64,000 nt of DNA from Steroidobacteraceae bacterium (GCA_025451845.1 JANWJS010000028.1:28189-92188), one strand, 5' to 3'; positions 48,271 through 57,065 are shown, numbered from the stretch's first letter. The notes: generated by a model from the letters alone, not told the origin. Numbers and translations are program-made.

Positions 48271-50852
48271 AGCACCAGCTCCTCGGCGGGTTCGCGCAGG
48301 TTGTAGTGTGAGCTCATGCAGTGGCCGTAGGCGCCGGTATTGGCGATGAGGATGACGTCGCCCTCCCGGGTGGGCGGCAGCATGCGGTCATGACCGAGGA
48401 CGTCCGCACTCTCGCAGATGGGACCCACGATGTTGACGAGCTCGGTGGCCGGCTCCGCCAGGCGGGTGAGATTGGCGATCTCATGGTATGCACCATAGAG
48501 TGCCGGTCGGATCAGGGAGTTCATGCCCGTTGCGATACCGATGTAGCGCACGTCGTCCTTGCTCTTCAGTTGCGTCACCCGCGCCAGCAGCACCCCGGCG
48601 GCGGCCGCCAGATAGCGACCGGGCTCCAACCAGAACTCCAGCCGCGGATGCTCCGCGCGCACGGCGGCGAGCAGCGTGTCGAGCTTCGCGATATCCAGGC
48701 CGGGCTGATCGGTGCGCTCCGGAACCCCGAGGCCGCCGCCGACATCGATCACCCGCACGGCATCGAAGCGCTGCGCGAGACCCGCCAGCTGCCGGGCCGT
48801 ATGCTGCCAGGTGGTAACATCGAAGATGCCGCTGCCGACATGGGCCTGCAGGCCCACGATGCGCACATCTGCCTTGCGCGCTTCCTGCGCCAGCCGCTCG
48901 AGGTCCGCAACCGGCATGCCGAATTTGGCATGCGCACCCGCGGTGCGCACGTGATGGTGGTGCCCAGCACCCAGGCCGGTGTCAATCCGCACGAAGATCT
49001 CACGGCTGCGGAAGAGACTCCCCCATTCAGTCAGAGCGTGTAGGTTGTCAACCGTTACCTGTACGCCACGCTCAACCGCCCACGCATACTCCTGGCGTGA
49101 GGCGAAGTTGGGTGTGTAGAGCACACGGCGGGGGTCGAGATCTGGAAAGAGGCTGAGGACGCGCTCCGCCTCGTTGCGTGCCACACACTCGAACTCGATC
49201 CCCTCTTGCCGCACCGCCGCGAGCAGCGCCGGATGCGGGTTGGCCTTCATGGCATAGTGCACCCGCGAGATCGAGCTCATGGCGCGCAGCGCACGCGCCG
49301 CAGTGCGCACGGTATCGAGGTCGTAGAGGTAAGCTGCGTCTCGCTCGCCGAGCGCCGCCAGCACCTGCGGGCGCTTCTGCCGCCACCACGGCGTGGCTCG
49401 GGCCGCCCGGTCCGTGGGCTTGGCAAAGAGCTCCTGCCAGGTGGGCCCGAGCACCCGATCGCCCGGCACCGGCCGGATGAGAAGCTCATGCAGCTGGTCG
49501 ACCAGCCTGTCCCCCTGCTGCTCATCGACGACGAAAGTGAAGTTGAGGTCGTTGGCGGCCTGGCTGACCAGATAGATCTTCTGTTCCTCGAAGAACTCGA
49601 ACGCGCCGCCCAGCTGATGCAGGATCGCGCGGATGTTGCGTCCGACGAGGCTCACCGCGGCGCAGGGGCCTATCACCTGCACGCGGCAGAGGCGGGACAG
49701 ATCGCTCACCAGACCCTCGAGCAGAGCCTCATCGAGCGTGTTGGCCGCGGGGTCCAACGAGACCGTGACCGTCGTCTCCGATGTCGAGACCAGATCCACC
49801 GACATGCCATGGCTCTTGAAGACCTGGAAGGCATCCGCGAGGAACCCCACCTGATGCCACATGCCCGGACTCTCGAGCGAGATCAGGGTGATGCCCTTCT
49901 TGGTGCAGACCGCCTTCACCTGCGCATTGCCCTCGCCCCCTTCCGCGCTGAGCACCGTGCCCTCGAGGTCAGGCGCCTGGGTTGCGTAGATATGCAGCGG
50001 AATCCGGTATTGGCGCGCCGGCAGGATGCAGCGTGGGTGCAACACCTTGGCGCCGCTCGTGGCAATCTCCTGCGCCTCGTCGTAATGCAGGGAGCGCAGC
50101 AGGCGCGCTGTCGGCGTCGAGCGCGGATTTGCGCTGAACATGCCGGGCACGTCGGTCCAGATTTCCAGCCGCCGTGCGCTCAGCTTTGCGGCGAGATAGG
50201 CCGCCGAGGTATCGGAACCGCCCCGGCCCAGGAGCACCGTGTTGCCTTCGGCGTCACTGGCGATGAAACCCTGAGTGACCACGATGGGCGCGAGGCTCGC
50301 CAGCCGCTGCACCAATGCTGCATCGGGAACGAAGCTGCATGTGGCGTTGAGCATGCTGGCCTTGGCGGAGGCGTTGGCGCGCTCCTCCGCGAGCAGCATG
50401 GTGCGCGCGTCGGCCCAATCCGCTTCCAACCCTTGGGTACGCAGGAAGCGCGCGCCGAGGTCGGTCGCCATGAGCTCGCCGCTCGACATGACACGAGCGC
50501 GGGTGCGGTCGCTCACCTCGCCGACGAGAGCGATGCCCGCCGCGATCTGACCCAACTCCGCGAGCTGGCGCTCACAGTCTGCCCCCAGCGGGATGTCGAG
50601 GTGAGCGGCGAGCTCGCGGTGCCGCTCCGCGATGAGCTTGAGCTCTTCCTCCTGCGCCTCGCCCCGTGCGGCGGCGAGGAGCTTCTCCAGCCGATCGGTG
50701 ATGCCCGTCACCGCGGAGTGCACGATGAGCACTCGCGCGCCCTCCGCGCGCCGCGCGGCGGCGACTTGGGCAATGTTGCGCCAATTGGCGAGGGAGGAGA
50801 CGCTGGAGCCGCCGAACTTCAGGACGATCCAGTCGGATGCGGTGCGAGTCAC
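48267..50852 (-). CDS. lysA: Bifunctional aspartate kinase / diaminopimelate decarboxylase (LysC-LysA fusion)
   Basis: The N-terminal half has aspartokinase blocks (VLKFGGSSV..., ...GRGGSDTSAAYLAAKL..., ACT-like region). The C-terminal half has DAP decarboxylase blocks (...YAMKANPHP..., ...DVGGGLGV..., ...GPICESADVLG...). One uninterrupted 861-aa ORF. Confidence 0.88.
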   Translation of the reverse strand: MTRTASDWIVLKFGGSSVSSLANWRNIAQVAAARRAEGARVLIVHSAVTGITDRLEKLLAAARGEAQEEELKLIAERHRELAAHLDIPLGADCERQLAELGQIAAGIALVGEVSDRTRARVMSSGELMATDLGARFLRTQGLEADWADARTMLLAEERANASAKASMLNATCSFVPDAALVQRLASLAPIVVTQGFIASDAEGNTVLLGRGGSDTSAAYLAAKLSARRLEIWTDVPGMFSANPRSTPTARLLRSLHYDEAQEIATSGAKVLHPRCILPARQYRIPLHIYATQAPDLEGTVLSAEGGEGNAQVKAVCTKKGITLISLESPGMWHQVGFLADAFQVFKSHGMSVDLVSTSETTVTVSLDPAANTLDEALLEGLVSDLSRLCRVQVIGPCAAVSLVGRNIRAILHQLGGAFEFFEEQKIYLVSQAANDLNFTFVVDEQQGDRLVDQLHELLIRPVPGDRVLGPTWQELFAKPTDRAARATPWWRQKRPQVLAALGERDAAYLYDLDTVRTAARALRAMSSISRVHYAMKANPHPALLAAVRQEGIEFECVARNEAERVLSLFPDLDPRRVLYTPNFASRQEYAWAVERGVQVTVDNLHALTEWGSLFRSREIFVRIDTGLGAGHHHHVRTAGAHAKFGMPVADLERLAQEARKADVRIVGLQAHVGSGIFDVTTWQHTARQLAGLAQRFDAVRVIDVGGGLGVPERTDQPGLDIAKLDTLLAAVRAEHPRLEFWLEPGRYLAAAAGVLLARVTQLKSKDDVRYIGIATGMNSLIRPALYGAYHEIANLTRLAEPATELVNIVGPICESADVLGHDRMLPPTREGDVILIANTGAYGHCMSSHYNLREPAEELVL

Positions 50853-50999
50853 AACAGTATTCCGCAGGGGTAAGCGGCGGCGAGGGCGGCCACCGTGTGA
50901 GGCCCTCCCGGGCCCAAAATCGACGATAGTCGAGCAGTCCCCCGAGACGGCGCTCTAGGCGCTGGCGCCCGGCCGTCCTGCTCGCGTCATGCAGCGCTG

Positions 51000-51215
51000 T
51001 TACGGCTCTTCGTCGAAGTCGCGGAGGTCCTTCTCGAGCTTCTTGTCCGCGAGGACTTCCTCCAGCCGGCTCCACGCGGCCTTGCCGCGCTTCACCTGGT
51101 TGCGAACGCGTTTGTCCACCCGGTCGAGCAGCCGGTCATAGTCGGTGCTGTCCTCGGTGGCCCCGCTCAAGAATTCCTCGTCGAGATCGAAGCTCTCGTT
51201 GTCTCGTTCAGACAT
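51000..51215 (-). CDS. Small acidic hypothetical protein (71 aa), reminiscent of PA3496-type small proteins
   Basis: MSERDNESFDLDEEFLSGATEDSTDYDRLLDRV...RLEEVLADKKLEKDLRDFDEEP has an acidic N-terminus and a basic/acidic helical tail. The family assignment is from memory only. Confidence 0.4.
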   Translation of the reverse strand: MSERDNESFDLDEEFLSGATEDSTDYDRLLDRVDKRVRNQVKRGKAAWSRLEEVLADKKLEKDLRDFDEEP

Positions 51216-51343
51216 CTAGCGGCGCAAATCCTGAGTTAAATCAAAGAGTAAGTGCGTTACTGGCACAGAGCAAGGCAGCGAACTATAGCGGATTCCCGTC
51301 CGAGAGCAATATCTAGAACGAAGGAGGAGGAATCGCTCCCGGC

Positions 51344-52153
51344 TCACTCAGTCCGGTCACGCACCGTGACCGGCGCGCCCCGGCTCAGGCCCAAGCCTTC
51401 GGCGGCGCTCTGCTCCGCCCGGGCGATCTCCACTACCCCGAAGGAATTGATGAGCGCCAGGTATTCCCCCGGCCGCGTATCGCCATAGGTCCGCAGCAGC
51501 GGGAAAGCGTGATTGCCTGCGTGCACCAGCGGTAACCGGAAGCGCTCGATCAGCGGCGCGTCGATGTTGCTGATGAGATTGCCAAAATGGTCGATGGTGA
51601 TGACTACGCCGGAAACGCTGGCGTGCTCGACCGAAGGCTCATCGACCCACGACGGGACCAGGGAGGCGGCGGTCGCCGGCTCGCCCAGGTCCGCAGGGAC
51701 GCATCGGCCCGCGGCGAGCTCGGCGGCGAGAGGCGCGAAGATGTCCCGGCCGTGAAAGGTGGCGCTGGCGTGGTGGATTGCGAGCCGTGCCAAGCCCGAC
51801 GGGCGCAGGCGCGCGATGGATGCCCCGGGATGCCGCACTACCAGCGGGGCGAGGAGCCCGTTGTCGGGAGCCACGAAGAGATGCTCGGCGGCGCTGACGA
51901 TAATGATGTCCCGAGAGGTCCCTACTCCCGGATCCACTACCGCCACATGCACGGTACCCGCAGGGAAGTACTGAAAAGCCCTGGCGAGCCAGAATCCGGC
52001 CTCAGCCGGCCAGTGGACAACGATCTCGTGCGTGAGGTCGATGATCTTCGCCGTTGGCAGACGCCCGAGAATGCGGCCCTTCATGACGCCGGCAAACGGA
52101 CCCTGGTGCCCGAAGTCCGTCGTGATCGTGATGACACCGGAAGGTCGCGTCAT
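51344..52153 (-). CDS. SAM hydrolase / SAM hydroxide adenosyltransferase family protein (DUF62)
   Basis: ...VITITTDFGHQGPFAGVMKGRILG... N-terminal signature and ...VDPGVGT... of the DUF62 family. Confidence 0.75.
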   Translation of the reverse strand: MTRPSGVITITTDFGHQGPFAGVMKGRILGRLPTAKIIDLTHEIVVHWPAEAGFWLARAFQYFPAGTVHVAVVDPGVGTSRDIIIVSAAEHLFVAPDNGLLAPLVVRHPGASIARLRPSGLARLAIHHASATFHGRDIFAPLAAELAAGRCVPADLGEPATAASLVPSWVDEPSVEHASVSGVVITIDHFGNLISNIDAPLIERFRLPLVHAGNHAFPLLRTYGDTRPGEYLALINSFGVVEIARAEQSAAEGLGLSRGAPVTVRDRTE

Positions 52154-52156
52154 ACC

Positions 52157-52522
52157 TCAGCCTTTCCTCGGCGGGGCCGAGCCGGGGGGGCGGCGCGTTC
52201 CCTCGGCGCAGGTGCGGCAGCGGTCTGTATAAGGCACCGCTTGCAGCCTTTCCTCCTCGATGGCCTCGCCGCAGACCGCGCAGGTGGTGTATCGGCCCTC
52301 TTCGAGTCGCCGCAGGGCCGCCTGCAGCAGGCGCAACTCCTGCTGCGCCGACTCGGAAATGGCCCCGAGCACGTCATCGGACTCGCGCTGAGTCACCTGC
52401 TCGGCAAAATCCGCGCTGAGGGGATCGGACTCGTGCCGCAAGTCTGCGCTGGCTCTGCTCGCCCGCGTCTGGAGCTCCTCCCGGCGCATGAGCAGGCGTG
52501 TACGTACCGCTTGTGTATCCAC
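52157..52522 (-). CDS. DksA/TraR-family C4 zinc-finger protein
   Basis: Coiled-coil N-terminal part followed by C-terminal CAVCGEAIEEERLQAVPYTDRCRTC (CxxC-N17-CxxC). Stops 3 nt before the DUF62 gene start. Confidence 0.75.
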   Translation of the reverse strand: MDTQAVRTRLLMRREELQTRASRASADLRHESDPLSADFAEQVTQRESDDVLGAISESAQQELRLLQAALRRLEEGRYTTCAVCGEAIEEERLQAVPYTDRCRTCAEGTRRPPGSAPPRKG

Positions 52523-52575
52523 TGGAGCCTCCCGGCTGATGCAGGAGCAATGCGAGTGCGTAATATAAACCGCTC

Positions 52576-53703
52576 ATGATCGTGTTGACCGTCAACACCG
52601 GCAGTACCTCGGTCAAACTGGCCGCCTATCAGGCGGATCCGGGGTCCGGCGAAGCCGTGCCGCCACCGCGGCGGCTGGCGGCACGGCATCTGACCGGCGC
52701 CGGGCTGGATCCCGCGGCGGCGCTGCGCGCCTTCCTCGGAGAATTGCAGGGGCATCCCACTGCCATCGCGCATCGCGTCGTCCATGGCGGCACGCGCTTC
52801 ACCGGTCCTGCGCTCATCGATGACGCCGCGCGCGCAGCAATCTCGCGGCTCTCCGAGCTGGCGCCGCTGCACAACCCCGTGGCCGTCCGCTGGATCGACG
52901 CGGCGCGCGAGGTCTTTGGCGCGGGCGTCACGCAAGTGGCGGCCTTCGACACCGCCTTCTTTTCGGCCCTCCCCCGCGTCGCTGCGGAATACGCGCTACC
53001 ACCGGAGCTGGGCGCGCAGCTCGGTATCCGCCGCTATGGGTTTCACGGGCTGGCGCACCAGGCGATCTGGCAGCGCTGGTGTGAGCTCGAGCCCAAGCTT
53101 CCGGCGGGCGGCAAGCTCGTGACCGTGCAGCTCGGCGGGGGCTGCTCCATGGCGGCGCTCGACGGTGGCCGGCCGCTCGATACCTCGATGGGCTTCTCAC
53201 CGCTCGAGGGCCTGGTCATGGCCACCCGTTCCGGGGACATCGACGCCGCCATCGTGCCGTACCTCGAGCGGCAGCTCGGGGTGAGCGGCGAGAAGGTCGT
53301 GGAGATGTTGAACGAGCGCTCCGGTCTCGCCGGCGTTGCCGGCGAGACCGGTGACCCGCAGTCGCTGCTCGACAGCGGCAATGATCGGGCTCGGCTCGCG
53401 GTCGAGCTCTACTGCTACCGGGCGCGGAAGTACCTCGGCGCCTATTTCACCGTGCTCGGCGGCTGCGACGGCATCGCCTTCGGCGGCGGCGTGGGCGAGC
53501 ACGTCGCGGAAGTGCGCGCACGCATCCTCACGGGTCTCGAGTGGGCGGGCATTGCGCTCGATCGCGCCGCCAATCAGGCCGCGAGCGGCAGCGAGTCGCG
53601 CATCAGCGCGGCCGGTAGCCGGGCGCGTGTCTGGGTGATACCCGTCGACGAGGAGCTGCCCATGGTGCGCGCGGCACTGTCGGTGGCTAAACTGGCTCGA
53701 TAA
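52576..53703 (+). CDS. ackA: Acetate/propionate kinase family protein
   Basis: MIVLTVNTGSTSVKLAAY..., ...HRVVHGG..., ...RRYGFHGLAH..., ...LGGGCSMAAL..., ...GIAFGGGVGEH... acetokinase blocks. At 375 aa it is somewhat shorter than classical AckA. No pta gene is adjacent. Confidence 0.75.
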   Translation: MIVLTVNTGSTSVKLAAYQADPGSGEAVPPPRRLAARHLTGAGLDPAAALRAFLGELQGHPTAIAHRVVHGGTRFTGPALIDDAARAAISRLSELAPLHNPVAVRWIDAAREVFGAGVTQVAAFDTAFFSALPRVAAEYALPPELGAQLGIRRYGFHGLAHQAIWQRWCELEPKLPAGGKLVTVQLGGGCSMAALDGGRPLDTSMGFSPLEGLVMATRSGDIDAAIVPYLERQLGVSGEKVVEMLNERSGLAGVAGETGDPQSLLDSGNDRARLAVELYCYRARKYLGAYFTVLGGCDGIAFGGGVGEHVAEVRARILTGLEWAGIALDRAANQAASGSESRISAAGSRARVWVIPVDEELPMVRAALSVAKLAR

Positions 53704-53723
53704 TCCCAGCCGAGTACAGTGCC

Positions 53724-54017
53724 ATGAGCCCACAGTTCGATGCCGGAAAGCTCGCCGAAGACATCAAGACGCTGGTGAGAGATGCCGAAACACTCTTGCG
53801 GGCAAGCGCAGAGAACGCAGAGGACCTGACCGAGGAGGCGCGGCAGACCGCCGAGCGCTCGCTGCACGCCCTGCGCAGTCGGCTGAGCGAGATCGAGCGC
53901 GACCTCAAGGGACGCGCCGAGGTGCTCGACGGCTACGTGCATGACAACCCATGGACGGCCGTGGCGGTCGCCGGCGGTGTTGCGCTGCTCCTGGGCCTCC
54001 TGATGGGCCGCCGTTGA
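53724..54017 (+). CDS. DUF883 (YqjD/ElaB-like) membrane-anchored stress protein
   Basis: Helical N-terminal part and C-terminal ...NPWTAVAVAGGVALLLGLLMGRR anchor, typical of YqjD/ElaB. Confidence 0.75.
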   Translation: MSPQFDAGKLAEDIKTLVRDAETLLRASAENAEDLTEEARQTAERSLHALRSRLSEIERDLKGRAEVLDGYVHDNPWTAVAVAGGVALLLGLLMGRR

Positions 54018-54445
54018 TGAATGATCAGATCGCGCAGCCGGCTGCAGAGGCCGAGGGGGAGGCCGCGCCGCGCGGGCCGGGTCTCGTTCGCGGCCTCATC
54101 GCCGCGTTCCTCGACTCCGTCAAGACGCGCCTCGATCTCGCCGCCGTCGAGGCGGAGATCTATCTCGTCTATGTCGCACAACTCCTCCTGTGGGGTTTTG
54201 CGGCGGTCGCCTGCGCACTGCTCGCGATCGTATTCGCGCTGACGGCGGTGATCATCGCGGTGTGGCAGACGCATCGCATGGCGGGGCTGATAGGGAGCAT
54301 GGTCGTCCTGGTCATCCTCGCCGTGATTTGCGGCATGATCGGGGCACGCATCTTCCGCGGGCGGCCGCCGCTGCTCTCGGGCACACTCGGACAGTTCGAG
54401 CATGACCAGCGCCGCGTGGGCGGCACCGACGGAGGCGAATCATGA
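54017..54445 (+). CDS. YqjE-like (DUF1469 / phage-holin-family) membrane protein
   Basis: ATG 54017 shares its A with the upstream TGA. Contains ...FLDSVKTRLDLAAVEAEI... followed by two TM helices. Gene order matches E. coli yqjD-yqjE-yqjK. Confidence 0.65.
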   Translation: MNDQIAQPAAEAEGEAAPRGPGLVRGLIAAFLDSVKTRLDLAAVEAEIYLVYVAQLLLWGFAAVACALLAIVFALTAVIIAVWQTHRMAGLIGSMVVLVILAVICGMIGARIFRGRPPLLSGTLGQFEHDQRRVGGTDGGES

Positions 54446-54765
54446 GGCGGCTCCATGAGCTCGAGGCGCGCCGGCGCACGCTGATCGCCCGCTGCGAGCA
54501 GCAAAGACTCGAGATCGCTTATCGTCTCGCCGAGCTCAGTCCGGCGGCGCAGCTCTCCCAGTGGACACGGCGGGCGCCCACCTCAGCCGCGAGTCATCCG
54601 TTCGCGTGGCTCGTTTCGCTCGCAACCCTGTTCGTCATGATGCGCGAGCGGCGCCTGGTGGGTTGGATCGGCAAGGTGAGCGCCGGTGTGGCGCTGCTCT
54701 CGCGCGCGAGCGCCGTCGTCAAGTTGCTCCGGCAGATTCGCTCGCTGAGTGCCGCGGTGCGCTGA
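54442..54765 (+). CDS. YqjK-like protein
   Basis: MRRLHELEARRRTLIARCEQQRLEIAYRLAEL... 4-nt overlap with the preceding gene. Confidence 0.55.
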   Translation: MRRLHELEARRRTLIARCEQQRLEIAYRLAELSPAAQLSQWTRRAPTSAASHPFAWLVSLATLFVMMRERRLVGWIGKVSAGVALLSRASAVVKLLRQIRSLSAAVR

Positions 54766-55774
54766 GCGACGGCTGCTGCGTTGTCTGCTGCGTCGTCTGC
54801 TGTGCCGGCTGCGACTGCTGGGGCGCTCCGGGCGCATTGGCCGGCGGAGTGTAATCGGCCTGAAGGCCGATGAGCTGCGGGATGCCGTTCGCCTGGGTGG
54901 CGACCTCGCGCACCTTGTCCCAGTCGATGGCGACCACGTTCTTGCCGAGGGCCGTATCGATGATCTGAGAGATCTTGTCGAAGTCCGGCGGCGCCGGCGT
55001 GTGATCGGCGCTGGTGGTCGGCGGATGGACCTCGAGGTATAGCTCGCCGCCCTGGAGGCTCGCCAGCACTGGCTCGTTCACTATGGTCACCGGCGTACCC
55101 ACGCGCACGATCGGAAAGAGGGCCGCGATGTCTTCAGGATACAGACGCACGCAGCCATGTGTGACTGACATGCCGATCGCCATGGGGTTGTTGGTGCCGT
55201 GAATGTAGATCTCGCCGTGACTCAGGCTGGTCTCGAGCGCCCACTCACCCATCGGATTGTCCGGTCCGGCCGGCCAGACCTTCGGGATGGGGTCACCGGC
55301 CTCCTGGTGTGCCTTGAGGATGTGCGCGGTCGGTATCCAGACGGGATGAGGCACCTTGCGGACGATGTGTGTCACGCCGACGGGCGTCGGGAAGTCACCC
55401 TCCCCGGGGCTCGCCGGGTAAGTGATCACGATCGGCTGCTCATGCCGGCGCGCCTTCGGAAAGTAGAAGAGCCGATGCTGCGGCAGGTTGATGATGATGC
55501 CCTTGTGCTCGACGGTCGGTACGATGAAGCGCCCGGGGATGGTGACGTTGGTGCCCTGCCCCGGCAGCCACATGTCCACTTTGGGATTGGCTTCCTGGAT
55601 CTCCCAATACCCGACGCTGTACCTGCGAGCGAGGTCGAGCAGCGTGTCGGTTTTCACCGACTGGATCTGCTGATCCTGCCCGATGAGCGAGCTGCCGTCC
55701 GGCGGCAGGGTGAACACCGCCGCGTGGCTCACCGTGGCCAGCAGGGACCCCACCATACCAGCCGCCAGCCGCAT
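54719..55774 (-). CDS. L,D-transpeptidase (YkuD domain) with LysM-like N-terminal region
   Basis: Catalytic motif ...IYIHGTNNPMAIGMSVTHGCVRL.... ATG 55774 gives the signal peptide MRLAAGMVGSLLATVSHA. The Gln/Thr-rich C-terminal tail overlaps the convergent yqjK-like gene by 47 nt. Confidence 0.8.
   Translation of the reverse strand: MRLAAGMVGSLLATVSHAAVFTLPPDGSSLIGQDQQIQSVKTDTLLDLARRYSVGYWEIQEANPKVDMWLPGQGTNVTIPGRFIVPTVEHKGIIINLPQHRLFYFPKARRHEQPIVITYPASPGEGDFPTPVGVTHIVRKVPHPVWIPTAHILKAHQEAGDPIPKVWPAGPDNPMGEWALETSLSHGEIYIHGTNNPMAIGMSVTHGCVRLYPEDIAALFPIVRVGTPVTIVNEPVLASLQGGELYLEVHPPTTSADHTPAPPDFDKISQIIDTALGKNVVAIDWDKVREVATQANGIPQLIGLQADYTPPANAPGAPQQSQPAQQTTQQTTQQPSLSAPRHSASESAGAT
54773..54808 (-). 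repeat. Short tandem 12-nt repeat (about 2.5 copies) encoding QQTT repeats in the L,D-transpeptidase tail
   Basis: The plus strand reads CTGCTGCGTTGT / CTGCTGCGTCGT / CTGCTGTGCCGG. This translates on the minus strand as ...QQTTQQTTQQ.... Confidence 0.7.
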
Positions 55775-55890
55775 GCCCGTGGCCCTCCAGCTGGAGTCGC
55801 AGCTTCGCCGATTCAGCCTTCGCATCAGTCCCATTCCAGCAAACCCCTTGGCCCCCTCGCGCCCACCCTACATTGTAACATGCATGGTGC

Positions 55891-56493
55891 ATGCCGCCGA
55901 CACGGAAAATAACTCGCGATTTCTATGCCAGGGGCACGCTCACCGTTGCCCGCGAGCTGATCGGCATGCACCTGGTCCACGCCGTGGACGGCGCGCGACG
56001 CGTAGGCCGAATCGTAGAGACCGAGGCCTACCAGGGCCCGGAGGACCTGGCGGCCCACTCCTCCCGCGGCCGTACGCCGCGGACCGAGGTCATGTTCGGT
56101 CCGCCCGGCCATGCGTACGTGTACTTCATCTACGGCTTCTGGCACTGCCTCAACATCGTGACGGAGGCGAAGGGGGTGCCGCATGCAGTGCTGCTGCGCG
56201 CGTTGGAGCCTGTGACGGGGATCAAGGACAAGACGTGGGGACCGGGGCTGCTCTGCCGGGCGATGGACATCGACAAGCGATTGAACGGCGCGGACCTCTG
56301 CGGCGATGTTCTGTGGCTCGAGAGCTCGCGCCGCTCGCGCGGCCACGAGCCGCCGGCGATCGCGCGCAGCCCACGCATCGGGGTCGATTACGCCGGCGAG
56401 TGGGCGCGCCGTCCCTGGCGCTTCTACGCCAAGGACTCGCGCTATGTCTCGACGGCCTCACCCCGTCTGCGAGCCGTCATCGCCCAGGACTAA
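55891..56493 (+). CDS. mpg: DNA-3-methyladenine glycosylase (Mpg/AAG family)
   Basis: ...FYARGTLTVARELIGMHLVH...GRIVETEAYQGPEDLAAHS...GHAYVYFIYGFWHCLN... are typical Mpg blocks. Confidence 0.85.
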   Translation: MPPTRKITRDFYARGTLTVARELIGMHLVHAVDGARRVGRIVETEAYQGPEDLAAHSSRGRTPRTEVMFGPPGHAYVYFIYGFWHCLNIVTEAKGVPHAVLLRALEPVTGIKDKTWGPGLLCRAMDIDKRLNGADLCGDVLWLESSRRSRGHEPPAIARSPRIGVDYAGEWARRPWRFYAKDSRYVSTASPRLRAVIAQD

Positions 56494-57015
56494 CTGACCG
56501 TGATCGACCGGGATGCGCTGGCCCGGATCATGGTCCATGCGGACCGTGCCCTCCTTGTCACCCAGCCGATAGCGCACCTTGTAGCCTTCCTCCCGGACAG
56601 TTCGCTCGTAGACCGTCGCACATTTGTGCTCGGTCGTCGTGTAGGTGTTGCCTTTCTGCATGCGGTTCTCGATGCGGTTGCCTGCGTAGCCGCCGCCCGC
56701 CGCACCCACGGCCGTCGCGAGGTCGCGCCCCGTGCCGCCGCCCACGTAGTGGCCGAGCAAGCCGCCGACGACCGCGCCGGCAACGGTGCCGACGATATGG
56801 TGATCATCGCGTGACGGACGTTGATGGACCACGGAATCATCGTGGCAATCCTGCTTCGGGGTGCGAATGATCTTCGTGATCGGAATGACCTGCACCACTT
56901 GCGCATATTGCGGACCCTTGTTCATCATCTTGAGACCGGCTACGGCACCGGCGCCCACGGCCAACGCCGTACCAACAGCCGCGCCCAGCAACAAAGATTT
57001 GTTCATCGTAGTCAT
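56458..57015 (-). CDS. Glycine-zipper 2TM domain protein (SlyB / 17-kDa-antigen-like)
   Basis: ...GTVAGAVVGGLLGHYVGGGTGRDLATAVGAAGGGYAGNRIE... glycine zipper. Convergent 36-nt overlap with mpg. Confidence 0.7.
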   Translation of the reverse strand: MTTMNKSLLLGAAVGTALAVGAGAVAGLKMMNKGPQYAQVVQVIPITKIIRTPKQDCHDDSVVHQRPSRDDHHIVGTVAGAVVGGLLGHYVGGGTGRDLATAVGAAGGGYAGNRIENRMQKGNTYTTTEHKCATVYERTVREEGYKVRYRLGDKEGTVRMDHDPGQRIPVDHGQLVLGDDGSQTG

Positions 57016-57065
57016 TGCCTCCTGTTCAAGCTTGGCAATTCTACGAACGCCTGCCTGAACCGAAC

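Noticed and set aside
49206-50873. 555-aa plus-strand ORF.
   Set aside because: It is antisense to the lysC::lysA fusion. It has no motifs and an Arg-rich shadow-frame composition.
50853-50999. Possible lysine riboswitch in front of lysC::lysA. The minus-strand RNA contains CUAGAGCGCC and GGGGGA, loosely like the L-box AGAGGCGC / GAGGGG.
   Set aside because: Only about 148 nt are available, including the upstream gene's small hairpin. I could not find the other conserved L-box elements (GCCGAAG, CUGG...UGUCA). A cmsearch with RF00168 would settle it.
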